DNA of 64,000 bases. Origin: an uncultured Candidatus Rokubacteria bacterium (GTDB lineage Bacteria; Methylomirabilota; Methylomirabilia; Rokubacteriales; DASRDR01). Below are positions 21,125 to 31,070 of this stretch, piece by piece (within the stretch, counting starts at the first letter, position 1; the number at the start of each line of letters is the position of its first letter). The notes under the pieces are model-generated. The model ran no database searches. It saw only the letters and a list, made by a program, of their open reading frames with translations, and was not told the DNA's origin. The stretch lies in assembly GCA_963805625.1 (NCBI GenBank), contig CAWDVE010000021.1, positions 338,024 through 402,023 of the forward strand, written 5' to 3'. Made by a program: the position numbers and the translations under genes.

Positions 21125-22513
21125 GTGGCGCCCACACCCAGGCCCCCCCGCTACTCCGCCTCCCGCGCGCCCATCGCCGCCGTCCTGTTCTTCGGACTCG
21201 GGGGGCTCCTGCTTCCGTGCGGCGCGGGGGCGCAGCCGCGCGCGCCCGGGCCGGCGAAGGGCGGCGCCACCCCGGCCGAGCCCGCGCCTCTCCGCGTCAC
21301 GACTGCCCTCGTCGAGGGCCGCACGGTCCAGCGGAGCATCGATACGGTCGGGAGCCTCCTCGCGTGGGAGGAAGCCGTCGCCCGCTCGCAGCTCTCGGGC
21401 ACGGTCGTCCGGCTCCACGTGGACCTCGGGGACGCCGTTCGGGAAGGCCAGCCGCTCGCGGATCTGGACCGTCGCGAGGCGGACCTCACGATCGACCAGC
21501 TCCAGGCGGATCTGAGCGCGGCCCGCGAGAACTTCGCGCGGGCGCGGTCGGCGGCGGACGCGAGCCGTGCCAACCTCGAGCGGGTGCGGGACAGTCGCCG
21601 GGCCCTCGCGGCCGACGTCGAGCGGGCCCGCGCCGACGCCGAGTGGAAGCGCCGCGAGCTCGAGCGGAACCAGGAGCTTCTGGCCAAGGAGCTGATCGCG
21701 GCGCGCGATGTCGACCAGGCGCGCGCGCAGTCCCAGGCCGCCGAGGCCGTCGTCCAGATGGCCGAGACCTCGCTCGGCCAGCACGCAGATCAGGTGCGGA
21801 CCGCCGAGTCTCAGCTCGAGGCGGATCTCGGCGCCATCAAGGCCGCCGAGGCGCTGGTCCGCCAGCGGGAGGCGGCCGTCGAGCTCGGGCGGAAGCGCCT
21901 CACCGACACGGTCGTCCCGGCCCCGCTCACGGGGGTCGTGGCCAAGCGCCACGTCTCCGTGGGCGAGTTCGTCAAGGACAACACCCCGCTCTTCACGGTG
22001 GTCGCTACCGACCCGTTGAAGTACACGGGCACCGTCGCGGAGCGCGCCGCGCCCGAGATCCGCGCCGGCCAGGAGGTGCGCCTCACGGTCGACGCCTTCG
22101 GCGCCCGCGCCTTCCCCGGGCAGGTGACGCGCGTCGCCCCCGTGGTGGACGTGCCCACGCGCACGCTCGCCCTCGAGGCGCGCGTGCCGAACGGCCAGGG
22201 TCTCCTGCGGCCCGGATTCTTCGCGCGGGGCGCCGTCCACGTCCGCCGCGAGAGCCGGGTGCCGTTCGTCCCCGCCGAGGCCCTCGCCTACACCGTCGGG
22301 ATCAGCAAGGTGTTCGTGGTGGCGAACGGCCGGGCGCAGGAGCGCCTGGTCAAGGCCGGCCTCCGCGAGGCCGGCTGGGTCGAGATCCTGGACGGGGTCA
22401 AGCCCGGCGAGACGGTTGCCACCTCCGGGCTCGGCCAGCTCTACGACGGCGCGCCGGTCGCGCCCGCGGTCCCCGCCTCCGGACCGGCCGCGGGGCGGGC
22501 CGCGAAGCCGTAG
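21125..22513 (+). CDS. RND efflux periplasmic adaptor (MFP)
   Basis: Lipoyl half-motifs VDLGDAVREGQPLA / APLTGVV...VSVGEFV, long coiled coil, LRPGFFA. Confidence 0.9.
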   Translation: MAPTPRPPRYSASRAPIAAVLFFGLGGLLLPCGAGAQPRAPGPAKGGATPAEPAPLRVTTALVEGRTVQRSIDTVGSLLAWEEAVARSQLSGTVVRLHVDLGDAVREGQPLADLDRREADLTIDQLQADLSAARENFARARSAADASRANLERVRDSRRALAADVERARADAEWKRRELERNQELLAKELIAARDVDQARAQSQAAEAVVQMAETSLGQHADQVRTAESQLEADLGAIKAAEALVRQREAAVELGRKRLTDTVVPAPLTGVVAKRHVSVGEFVKDNTPLFTVVATDPLKYTGTVAERAAPEIRAGQEVRLTVDAFGARAFPGQVTRVAPVVDVPTRTLALEARVPNGQGLLRPGFFARGAVHVRRESRVPFVPAEALAYTVGISKVFVVANGRAQERLVKAGLREAGWVEILDGVKPGETVATSGLGQLYDGAPVAPAVPASGPAAGRAAKP

Positions 22514-22517
22514 CGCC

Positions 22518-22652
22518 GTGTCGCTCGTCGATCTCTGCCTCCGCCGGTCCGTCTTCGCGACGATGCTCGTCGTCGCCCTCGTGGTGCTGGGGCTCGCCTC
22601 CTACCGAGACCTCGGCCTCGAGGCGGGATTGAACGGCCAGCGGGAGACATGA
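22518..22652 (+). pseudogene. Truncated AcrB/CusA-type RND permease (first TM only)
   Basis: MSLVDLCLRRSVFATMLVVALVVLGLASYRDLGL, then stop after about 44 codons. Confidence 0.75.
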
Positions 22653-23254
22653 CGCCCCCGAGCCGGCGCGAGGCGCTCGCCGCGCTCGCCGCCCTCACCC
22701 TCGGGCTCCGGCCCACGCGGCCGAGCTGGGCCCAGCCGGTCCCGCCACCCCCGACGCAGCCCAAGCCCCCCCGGTCGCCGGCCGCCCCCAGCCCTTCCGC
22801 GGCCCCCGCTCAACCCGCTGCGCCCGCTCAGCCCAGAGTGCCCGCTCTGCCGGCAACGCCGACGGCGGACCCGCGCCCCGGCACCCCAGCTCCGCCGGCC
22901 GTGGTCGAGGAAATCCGCGCCACGCTCGCCCGCGCCGTGGAGCGCTTCGAGGCGCGAGACGCGGAGGGCGTTCTCGCAAACGTGTCCGAGGAGTACTGGA
23001 CCGGCCCCCTGGGGAAGCCCGCCGTCCGGGCCCAGCTCCTCACGATCCTCCAGGTCCACCAGCAGGTGCGCGCGCGCGTCCAGCTCGACGAGGTGCGGCT
23101 GGTCGGCGCGCATGCCTGGGTCTGGACGACCGGTGACATGAGCGGCCAGCTCGCGCTCGTCGGGCAGTGGATGCGGCTCTTCGTCTGGGAGCGGGAGCTC
23201 GAGGTCGCGCGGCGCGAGCAGGGCGTCTGGCGCCTCTACGGCTACCAGCAATAG
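22649..23254 (+). CDS. Tat-like secreted NTF2/SnoaL-like protein with Pro/Ala linker
   Basis: SRREALAAL signal; IRATLARAVERFEARDAEGVLA...GVWRL. Confidence 0.6.
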   Translation: MTPPSRREALAALAALTLGLRPTRPSWAQPVPPPPTQPKPPRSPAAPSPSAAPAQPAAPAQPRVPALPATPTADPRPGTPAPPAVVEEIRATLARAVERFEARDAEGVLANVSEEYWTGPLGKPAVRAQLLTILQVHQQVRARVQLDEVRLVGAHAWVWTTGDMSGQLALVGQWMRLFVWERELEVARREQGVWRLYGYQQ

Positions 23255-23300
23255 GAGGCGATCCAGCGCGAGGCGCGGCGGCGCGCCGCGGGGCCGCCGG

Positions 23301-23708
23301 CTAGTCGAAGCCCCAGGCGTAGATGCGCCGGGGCGTGATCTCGACCACGACCGAATCCCGGTCGCCCAGCGTCGCCTCGCGGGCGTACTGCGGGTACTTC
23401 GCGTAGAGCCGCCGGCGGATCCGGCGGAACGTCGGGTTCCGCGCGTGCACCGCGGCGGAGCCCTGCACCACAACACCCCGGAGACCCTTCCAGGCCTCGG
23501 TGTAGTCGTCCGCGCTCACGGCGATCTGTGGGTTCGTCCGGAGATTCTCGAGCTTCCGCCCGGTCTTCCCGGACGCGAAGTAGAGCCGGCCCCGCTCCAC
23601 GACCAGGCACACGGGCACGACGTGCGGGCCGCCGCGCGAATCGGCGGTCGCCACGTGGGCCACGCGCTGGAGCGCGAGGAAGTCGGCGTAGGCGCGGCGG
23701 AGCCGCAT
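23301..23708 (-). CDS. Pyridoxamine 5'-phosphate oxidase-like (FMN/F420-binding) protein
   Basis: VATADSRGGPHVVPV; KLENLRTNPQIAV; YAWG. Confidence 0.85.
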   Translation of the reverse strand: MRLRRAYADFLALQRVAHVATADSRGGPHVVPVCLVVERGRLYFASGKTGRKLENLRTNPQIAVSADDYTEAWKGLRGVVVQGSAAVHARNPTFRRIRRRLYAKYPQYAREATLGDRDSVVVEITPRRIYAWGFD

Positions 23709-23724
23709 TGTCGGCGGCCCGGGC

Positions 23725-25635
23725 CTAACTGTCGGAGAGGAGGCCGCGGTTGACCTCGATCTTCGCGCCCGCGCGGGCCGCGGCCAGCCACGCCTGCCAG
23801 AGCCGCGCCCGCTTCTCGCGAAGAAGCCGCGTCTCGAGGGCGGCCCGCGCCGGCTCGAAGCCCGCCGGATCCGGCCGTTCGCGCGCGAGGAGCTTCACCA
23901 CGTAGAAGCCGCCCGGGCCCTCGACCGGCCCGCCGATGCCGCCCTCGCCGAGGGTGAGCGCGACGGGGCTCAGAACCTGCCCCAGCGCCCGGTCGCCGAG
24001 GGGCTCGGCCCGGGAAAGCGGCCCCACCTCGCTGTAGGTGACGTTCCCCTGGCGCGCGAGCGCCCGCGGGTCCTCGCCCTTTCGGGCCGCCTCCGCGAGC
24101 TTCTCGGCCCGCCCCTTCGCCTCGTCGAGCGCCTTCTGGCGGCGAACCGCGCGCAGCACGTCCTGGCGCGCCTCGTCGAGCGGCAGGAGCCGCGCGGGCT
24201 CGATGCCGACGAGCCGGAAGATGACGAGCCCCTCCGGGACGCGGACGGGACTGCTCACGCCGTCGGGAGGCAAGGCGAAGATGGCGTCGCTCGCCTCGGC
24301 CACGCGGCCGACGCCCTCGACCGGGTCCCCCCGGCGGAGCGGTCCCGCTTCCCGGACCGTGAGGCCGAGCCGGCGCGCCTCCGTCGCGAAATCGGGCGCG
24401 ACTAGGAGCGCCCGCTGGGCCTCCTGCGCCCGGTCCCGGTGAGCCTTCAACTGCCCCTCGGCGGCGAGCGTCGCTCGGAGGGTCGGGGCCACCTCCTTCA
24501 GCTCCTTCCGCGAGCCCGGCACGACCTCGAACACCTTGAGGATGTGGTAGCCAAAGGGGCTCCGGACTGGCCCGCCGAGTTCGCCGGACTTCAGGCTCTG
24601 GATCGCCTTGTCGACCTCGGGCACGAGCTCGCCCGCGCCGATTAGGCCCAGGTCGCCGCCGCGGCTGGCCGTCGACGGGTCCTCTGACGTCTCCTTCGCC
24701 ACCTGGGCGAAATCGGCGCCGCCGCGGATCCTGGCGAGCGTCGTCTCGGCCCGGGCCTTGGCCTGGTCCTCGGCCGCGCTGCCGCCGACCGCGGGCACCT
24801 TGATGAGGATGTGCGAGACCTTCGTGCGGGCCGGCTGCTCGAACTGGCTGCGGCGGGCCTTGTACGCTGCCTCGACGTCGGCATCGGTGACGGCCGGCGC
24901 CGGCACGCTCGCGGCCGGCAGGATCGCTGCCAGGGCGCGCCGGCGCTCCGGCTGGGTGAACTCCGCGGGGTGCGCCTTGTAGTAGGCGTCAAGCTCGGCG
25001 TCGGTCGCCGAGAGCCCCTCGCCGCCGCCGACCGCGACCAGGACGTAGCCCGCGCGCACGCGGCTCCGGTCGGCCTCCCAGGCCTGGCGCGCCTCGGTCT
25101 CGGAGATTTTGGCGCCCTCGGCGATGAGGGTCTGCAGGCGCTGCCGCACCAGTTCCGCCCGGAGTTCGGTCTCGAAATCGCCGGGGGTCATCGGGGGCTG
25201 GGTCATCGCGAGGAGCCGCACGTAACGGTCGCGGGAGAAGCGCCCGCCCTCCTGGAACGCGCTGATGCGCGTGATCTGCTCGACGAGCTCGGCGTCGGAG
25301 ACCGTGATGCCCTCGCGGGCCGCCCCCTGGGCGACGAGCCGCTCGTCGATCAGGCGCTCGACCACCTGCTCGCGGAGGCGCAGCATCCGGGGCAGATCCT
25401 CCGTCCAGCGGTCGCCCGCCCTCTGCCGGGTCTGCTCCACCGCCGCGCGGTACGCGCGGTCAAAGGTCACGGCGGAGACCGTCTCCCCGTCCACCGTCAC
25501 GACCGCGGCCCCGCCGCCGCCCCCGCCGCCCGAGTCCCGCTGGGTCCCGAAGTACGCGAGGCTCACGACGAACGCGATCAGCACCGCGGCGAGCAGATAC
25601 GGCGCGACTCGCCGCATCCAGGTCATCATGGCCAT
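23725..25635 (-). CDS. ppiD: Periplasmic folding chaperone / parvulin PPIase
   Basis: N-terminal TM + SurA_N domain; SHILIK...FAQVAKETSED...GGDLG...SPFGYHILKV. Confidence 0.85.
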   Translation of the reverse strand: MAMMTWMRRVAPYLLAAVLIAFVVSLAYFGTQRDSGGGGGGGAAVVTVDGETVSAVTFDRAYRAAVEQTRQRAGDRWTEDLPRMLRLREQVVERLIDERLVAQGAAREGITVSDAELVEQITRISAFQEGGRFSRDRYVRLLAMTQPPMTPGDFETELRAELVRQRLQTLIAEGAKISETEARQAWEADRSRVRAGYVLVAVGGGEGLSATDAELDAYYKAHPAEFTQPERRRALAAILPAASVPAPAVTDADVEAAYKARRSQFEQPARTKVSHILIKVPAVGGSAAEDQAKARAETTLARIRGGADFAQVAKETSEDPSTASRGGDLGLIGAGELVPEVDKAIQSLKSGELGGPVRSPFGYHILKVFEVVPGSRKELKEVAPTLRATLAAEGQLKAHRDRAQEAQRALLVAPDFATEARRLGLTVREAGPLRRGDPVEGVGRVAEASDAIFALPPDGVSSPVRVPEGLVIFRLVGIEPARLLPLDEARQDVLRAVRRQKALDEAKGRAEKLAEAARKGEDPRALARQGNVTYSEVGPLSRAEPLGDRALGQVLSPVALTLGEGGIGGPVEGPGGFYVVKLLARERPDPAGFEPARAALETRLLREKRARLWQAWLAAARAGAKIEVNRGLLSDS

Positions 25636-25699
25636 AGGGGGATTAGCCTACCACACGGCTCCAGCCGGGCCGGCGCATCGCCCCGGGGCCGAGCGGAGC

Positions 25700-27058
25700 C
25701 TAGTGGAGCCCGAAGTACAGCAGGAACGCGGCGGCCGCGACGTACAGGAGCGGGTGGACGGCGCGCGCCCGCCCCCGGACGAGCTTGATGACGACGTAGC
25801 TCACGAAGCCCGCGCCGATCCCGTTCGTGATCGAGTACGAGAACGGCATGATCGTCATGGTGAGGAGCGCCGGAAAGCCCTCCTCCAGGTCCGAGAACGG
25901 AATCTCCCGGACGAGCGCGCACATGAGGTAGCCCACCACGATGAGCGCCGGCGCCGTGGCCTCCGGGGGCACGATCCCCGCCAGCGGCGCGACGAAGAGC
26001 GCGAGCGCGAAGCAGCCGGCCACGACGACCGAGGTGAGCCCGGTCCGGCCGCCCGCCGCCACGCCCGCCGCGGACTCGATGTAGGTGGTCGCGGAGGACG
26101 CGCTCGCCGCCCCGCCGGCGGCGGCGGCCAGAGAGTCGACCAGCAGCACTCGATTCATGCGTGGCAGGCGTCCCGCCTTGTCGAGCCACCGCGCCTCGGC
26201 CCCGATCCCGATCACGGTGCCCATCGTGTCGAAGAAATCCGACAGCATGATCGAGAAGATCGCCAGACAGGCAGCGAGGACGCCCAGCCGGGCAAAGACC
26301 TCGAAGTTGATGCCTGCGCCGAGCGTCGAGAAGTCCGGCCAGGCCACGACCGAGGTCGGCACCACGGCCACCCCCGGGATCGTCCACACGCCCCCCCCGT
26401 GGAGCGTGTTGACGAAGGTCGCCAGGATGGTCGTGCCGAGGATCCCGAGGATCAGCGCCGCGCGAACACCGCGCGCCAGGAAGAGCAGGGTCAGGAACAG
26501 GCCCGCCACGGCGACCAGGACCTTCGGACTCGTCAGGGCCCCGAGCGTCACCGGGATGCCCTGGCCGGGCCGGACGAGGCCGCCGTTCACCAGGCCGATG
26601 AAGAGGATGAAGAGGCCGATCCCGACCGAAATGGCTCGCTTCAGCGCGAGGGGGATGGCGTTCACCACCGCCTCCCGCACACCGACCAGCACGAGGACGG
26701 TGATGGCGACGCCTTCGAGGAAGATCACGCCCATCGCGGCCGGCCACGGGAGCTTCTGGGCGGCGATCAGCTGGAAGGCCACCACGGCGTTCAGCCCCAT
26801 CCCGGACGCGACGGCCAGCGGGTAGTTCGTGACGAGCCCCATCGCCGCCGTGGCGAGGGCGGCAACCAGGCACGTGGCCGCGAGGGTGGGCGCGAACGGG
26901 ACGCCCTGGGCCTGGAGCGGCGGGATGCCGGCAAAGGACAGGATCGCCGGGTTCACGAAGATGATGTAGGCCATGACCATGAACGTCGTGAGGCCCGCTA
27001 CGACCTCGGTGCCGACGGTCGTGCCGTGCTCCTGCAGCCTGAAGTAGCTCTCGAGCAT
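25700..27058 (-). CDS. NCS2/AzgA purine permease
   Basis: EVVAGLTTFMVMAYIIFVNP; SGMGLNA; DFFDTMGT; YIESAAGVAAGGRTG. Confidence 0.93.
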   Translation of the reverse strand: MLESYFRLQEHGTTVGTEVVAGLTTFMVMAYIIFVNPAILSFAGIPPLQAQGVPFAPTLAATCLVAALATAAMGLVTNYPLAVASGMGLNAVVAFQLIAAQKLPWPAAMGVIFLEGVAITVLVLVGVREAVVNAIPLALKRAISVGIGLFILFIGLVNGGLVRPGQGIPVTLGALTSPKVLVAVAGLFLTLLFLARGVRAALILGILGTTILATFVNTLHGGGVWTIPGVAVVPTSVVAWPDFSTLGAGINFEVFARLGVLAACLAIFSIMLSDFFDTMGTVIGIGAEARWLDKAGRLPRMNRVLLVDSLAAAAGGAASASSATTYIESAAGVAAGGRTGLTSVVVAGCFALALFVAPLAGIVPPEATAPALIVVGYLMCALVREIPFSDLEEGFPALLTMTIMPFSYSITNGIGAGFVSYVVIKLVRGRARAVHPLLYVAAAAFLLYFGLH

Positions 27059-27930
27059 CACGCCCCCTCCAGGTCGGAGCGCTCTGCCTGGTCGGCGTCG
27101 GCGGGCGCGCCGGGCGGGGGCGGCCCCGAGCTGCCGCCGGCGTCCGGCTGGACCCGGCGGGCCAGGGTGAGAAAGCCGGTGTGCGCGACCATGCGGTGGG
27201 CCGGCCGGACGGAGGGGCCGGCGATGTTCCAGGGTCGGAGAAGAGTCTCGAACGTCTCGGCGAGCGCGAACGCCGGGTGCGCGACGAGCGCCTCGTGGAC
27301 GCGCTGGGACTGGGGGATAGTGGGGACGTAGGCGCAGAAGATGCCGCCCGGGCGGACGGCCACGGCCGCCGACTCCACCAGCCGCCACGGCTCGGGCAGG
27401 TCCAGCACGAGCCGGTCCACCTCGCGCTCCTCGATCCCGAGGTAGATGTCCTGCGGCCGGACCGTCAGGGGGACGGCCGGGCCCAGCCGCGCCTCGATGT
27501 TCCGCTGGGCGCGGCGGGCGAACTCCTCGCGCATCTCGTAGGAGATGACGCGGCCCGTGGGGCCCACCAGCCGCAGGAGGACGAGCGTCAGCGCCCCCGA
27601 GCCCAGGCCGGCCTCGACGACCGTCTGGCCGGGGCCGATGTCCGCGAAGAGCGCGATCATCGCGAGGTCCTTCGGGTAGATGATCTGGGCGCCCCGCGGC
27701 ATCTCGAGCACGTACTCGGCGAGCGTCGGGCGCAGCGCGAGATACCGGGCCCCGCGGGTCGTCACGGCCACCACGCCCTCGGGCAGGCCCACCAGGGTGT
27801 GGTGCGAGATGAAGCCGCGGTCGGAGTGGAACGCCTGGCCCAGGCGGAGGGTCACCAGGTGACGCTTGCCGCGACGGAGGTCGACGAGAAGGACCACCTC
27901 CCCCGCGCGGAGCAGCGTCTCGTCGCCCAT
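27058..27930 (-). CDS. trmI: tRNA (adenine58-N1)-methyltransferase
   Basis: MPRGAQIIYPKD; VEAGLGSGALT; LDLPEPW; MVAHTGFL. Confidence 0.93.
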   Translation of the reverse strand: MGDETLLRAGEVVLLVDLRRGKRHLVTLRLGQAFHSDRGFISHHTLVGLPEGVVAVTTRGARYLALRPTLAEYVLEMPRGAQIIYPKDLAMIALFADIGPGQTVVEAGLGSGALTLVLLRLVGPTGRVISYEMREEFARRAQRNIEARLGPAVPLTVRPQDIYLGIEEREVDRLVLDLPEPWRLVESAAVAVRPGGIFCAYVPTIPQSQRVHEALVAHPAFALAETFETLLRPWNIAGPSVRPAHRMVAHTGFLTLARRVQPDAGGSSGPPPPGAPADADQAERSDLEGA

Positions 27931-27938
27931 GGTGCCGC

Positions 27939-29108
27939 TCAGGCGAAGGCGTCCAGCCCCGTCAGGTCCCGCCCGATGATCAGCGTGTGGACGTCGTGGG
28001 TGCCCTCGTAGGTGATCACCGTCTCGAGGTTCAGGAGGTGCCGGATGATCGGGTGCTCGTCGACGATCCCCGCCGCGCCCAGGATGTCGCGGGCCATCCG
28101 CGCCGTCTCGAGCGCCATCGACACGTTGTTCATCTTGGCCATCGACACCTGCTGGGGCCGGGCGCCGGCGCCGTCCTTGAGGCGCCCGAGCTGAAGGCAC
28201 AGTAGCTGCGCCTTCGTGATCTCCGTGACCATCCACACGAGCTTCCGCTGGACGAGCTGGAACCCGGCGATGGGCTTGCCGAACTGGACGCGCGTCTTCC
28301 CGTACTGGAGCGCCCAGTCGTAGCAGGCCTGGGCGGCGCCGACGGCGCCCCAGGCGATCCCGTAGCGGGCCTGGGACAGGCAGGCGAGCGGCGCCCCGAG
28401 GCCCTTGGCGCCGGGGAGCCGGTTCGCGAGCGGGATGCGGCAGTCCTGGAAGGAGAGCTCCGAGGTGATCGAGGCCCGCATCGAGAACTTGCCGTGGATG
28501 TCGAGGGCGCCGAAGCCCGGGGTGCCGCGCTCGACCAGGTAGCCGCCGATCTCGCCCGACTCGTCCTTGGCCCACACGACGGCGACGTCGGCGATCGAGC
28601 CGTTCGTGATCCAGAGCTTGGTGCCGTTGAGGACGTAGTGGTCCCCCCGCCGGACGGCGCGGGTCGCCATCCCGCTCGGGTCGGACCCGTGGTCGGGCTC
28701 GGTCAGCCCGAAGCAGCCGATCGCCCCGCCCCGCTGGAGCTCCGGCAGCCACCGGTCCTTCTGCGCGTCGGACCCGAAGCGATGGATGGGGTACATGACG
28801 AGCCCGCTCTGCACCGAGGCGAAGGAGCGGAGTCCCGAGTCCCCGCGCTCGAGCTCCTGCATGATCAGCCCGTAGGCCACATTCGACAGGCCCGCGCACC
28901 CGTAGCCCTTGAGGCTCGCGCCGAAGATGCCGAGCTCGCCCAGCTGCGGCACGACCGTCACGGGGAAGGTGCCGGCCCGGTGATGCTCGGTAACGAGCGG
29001 CAGGAACTCGGCCTCGACCCAGTCCCGAATGGCGTCGCGCACCATCCGCTCCTCGTCCGAGAGCAGGGCCTCGACGCCATAGTAGTCCACGCCGCGGAAC
29101 TTCTCCAT
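27939..29108 (-). CDS. gcdH: Glutaryl-CoA dehydrogenase-type acyl-CoA dehydrogenase
   Basis: ELERGDSGLRSFASVQSGLVMYPI; GCFGLTEPDHGSDP; TYEGTHDVH. Confidence 0.85.
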   Translation of the reverse strand: MEKFRGVDYYGVEALLSDEERMVRDAIRDWVEAEFLPLVTEHHRAGTFPVTVVPQLGELGIFGASLKGYGCAGLSNVAYGLIMQELERGDSGLRSFASVQSGLVMYPIHRFGSDAQKDRWLPELQRGGAIGCFGLTEPDHGSDPSGMATRAVRRGDHYVLNGTKLWITNGSIADVAVVWAKDESGEIGGYLVERGTPGFGALDIHGKFSMRASITSELSFQDCRIPLANRLPGAKGLGAPLACLSQARYGIAWGAVGAAQACYDWALQYGKTRVQFGKPIAGFQLVQRKLVWMVTEITKAQLLCLQLGRLKDGAGARPQQVSMAKMNNVSMALETARMARDILGAAGIVDEHPIIRHLLNLETVITYEGTHDVHTLIIGRDLTGLDAFA

Positions 29109-29169
29109 TCCGTCCTCTCCTTGGCGTCCGTCCGGCGGCCGCTGGGGCCGCCCCTCCGGAGTCTCGGCT

Positions 29170-29664
29170 CTAGCCGCCGGTCAGCAGGGTGAACATCCGC
29201 CGCAGCAGGGCCTCGTGCTCCTCGACGTTCTGGCGGAAGATCCGGAGCTCGTCGTGGGCATGGAGATCCAGCGCCGTGACGGCGCTGCCCGTCGCCCAGG
29301 GCCCGAGATCCACGACCTGAAAGCACGACCGCCCCGCTTCGGGATGGTCGGTGACGAAGACGAACACCAGGGCCGGCCAGTGCCGCTTGGCGACCGTGAA
29401 CAGGGAGTGCGGGCCGCGCTGGGATTCGATGAGCAGGTACTGGGCCACCTGGGGTCGATAGCGCACCTCGACGACGCACGGGGCGGGGACGTGGCCCCCG
29501 CCCGCGGCCGGGAGGGTCGCCTGGAAGTCGGGAATGAGGTCCTCTCGCCCCAGGCGCTGCGACGTCTCGACGGCGACGGGAGGGGAGAGGGTGAAGCCGG
29601 CCCGACGGAAGATCGATTCCACCAGGGCCACCGCGATGCGCCCCTTGATCTCGAGGAGGTCCAC
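29170..29664 (-). CDS. Hypothetical protein, possibly PD-(D/E)xK-like fold
   Basis: E...PDF...VEVRYR pattern; GTG start 3 nt after the HD gene stop. Confidence 0.55.
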   Translation of the reverse strand: MDLLEIKGRIAVALVESIFRRAGFTLSPPVAVETSQRLGREDLIPDFQATLPAAGGGHVPAPCVVEVRYRPQVAQYLLIESQRGPHSLFTVAKRHWPALVFVFVTDHPEAGRSCFQVVDLGPWATGSAVTALDLHAHDELRIFRQNVEEHEALLRRMFTLLTGG

Positions 29665-29667
29665 GGG

Positions 29668-31065
29668 TCAGCTCGTCGCCCGGGGGAGGCGGTCTACGCA
29701 CAGCACGCGGCGGAACGCCTCGGTGAGCTCGCCGTCGTGGCGATGGTCGCGCGCGAAGATCCGGCACTGGGCCACCTTGCCCGGAAGGTACTTGAAGAGC
29801 GCCGCCAGCGCCTCCCGGGACACGCGGCCGGTCACCCCATCGTAGACGTAGATCTGCCGATCCCCCATCGCGAGGGGATTCTCCGGGCGCGGGTCCTGGA
29901 ACGCGAGGTCGACCTGGAACTCGAGCCCCTGGAGCGCCCGCGGGAGCGCGGCCCGCACCTCGGTCGCGACGGAATCGGGGCGCATGCCCGCCCAGCCGGG
30001 GATCTCCGCGTCGTCGAGGACCTCCTCGTGGACCATGCGCCATCGGATCCGCCGGTCGAGCACCTGCCGCCACTCCCGCCCGAGCGCGCGCCGCTCCGGG
30101 TCATCCGCGTCGTGCCAGCGGCCGACCTCCTCGAGCAGCGTCCACTCCGTGAGATGGAGGTAGGGGTGGAGGTCCTTCCGGAGGTCCCACGGGAAGACGA
30201 TGCGCATCGTCGGGCGGAAGATCTCCTTGAGGTGGAGATCGATGGCGCGTGTCGTCCGATGGTAGTAGACGTTCGTGTACATGTAAAAGCGCGCGGTCAG
30301 GAACATGATGAGCGCCTGGGTCCCGCTCCGGTCGAGCGTCAGACCCTCCGGCGTGAAGAAGCTGTAGTAGATGATCCGGTCGAGGTCCGCCCCCACCGCG
30401 ACGCCGCACATGTGGGCATCCCGGAGCACGTAGTCGAGGTTGTCCGCGGTGTAGATCCCGGAGAGCACGGGCTTCAGGAACGCGAGCCAGCGCGGATCGC
30501 CCGGGGCCGGCTGCGTGTAGGCCTTCCCCATGAGGTAGCAGATCCACTCGGGCTCGATCGCCTCGCCGGGGGCGAACACGCCATGGGGGCTCCGCCGGAG
30601 CCCGCGGATCGCGTCCCCGAGCTCTTCCCGGATGATCCGCTGGCCGACCAGCTCGTGGGTGAGGTCGATGTCGGCCAGGAAGTTGTCGTCGAAGAAGTGC
30701 CCGAACGGTCCGTGACCCACGTCGTGGAGGAGCCCGGCGACGCGGAGGAGCTCCTCCACGAGCGGGGCCGAGGGGGCGTCGGGAAAGACGGCCCGGAGCG
30801 ACGGCCAGAGCTGCTGCGCGAAGCGGCCGGCGACGTGCATCGCGCCGAGGGCGTGCGGAAAGCGGCTGTGTTCGGCAGTGGGGAACACCCAGCGCGCCGA
30901 CTGGAGCTGCGGGATCCGCCGGAGGCGCTGCACCCACGGCGTGTCGATCAGGTCCTGCTCGGTCGCCTCGCCGGCGATGAGGCCGTCGGCCCGCGTGTAG
31001 AGGAGGTACCCGTGGATCGGGTCGACGATGAGGCCCTTGCCGCGGTAGGTCTCGGCACCCGTCAT
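29668..31065 (-). CDS. HD-domain phosphohydrolase (dNTP triphosphohydrolase/YwfO-like)
   Basis: DPIHG; QRLRRIPQL; HSRFPH; LLHDVGHGPFGH; DNLDYVLRD; VYYH. Confidence 0.9.
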   Translation of the reverse strand: MTGAETYRGKGLIVDPIHGYLLYTRADGLIAGEATEQDLIDTPWVQRLRRIPQLQSARWVFPTAEHSRFPHALGAMHVAGRFAQQLWPSLRAVFPDAPSAPLVEELLRVAGLLHDVGHGPFGHFFDDNFLADIDLTHELVGQRIIREELGDAIRGLRRSPHGVFAPGEAIEPEWICYLMGKAYTQPAPGDPRWLAFLKPVLSGIYTADNLDYVLRDAHMCGVAVGADLDRIIYYSFFTPEGLTLDRSGTQALIMFLTARFYMYTNVYYHRTTRAIDLHLKEIFRPTMRIVFPWDLRKDLHPYLHLTEWTLLEEVGRWHDADDPERRALGREWRQVLDRRIRWRMVHEEVLDDAEIPGWAGMRPDSVATEVRAALPRALQGLEFQVDLAFQDPRPENPLAMGDRQIYVYDGVTGRVSREALAALFKYLPGKVAQCRIFARDHRHDGELTEAFRRVLCVDRLPRATS

Positions 31066-31070
31066 GTCCG

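Noticed and set aside
22735-22900. Pro/Ala repeats (AAPAQP x2)
   Set aside because: Low-complexity protein linker, not a DNA repeat array.
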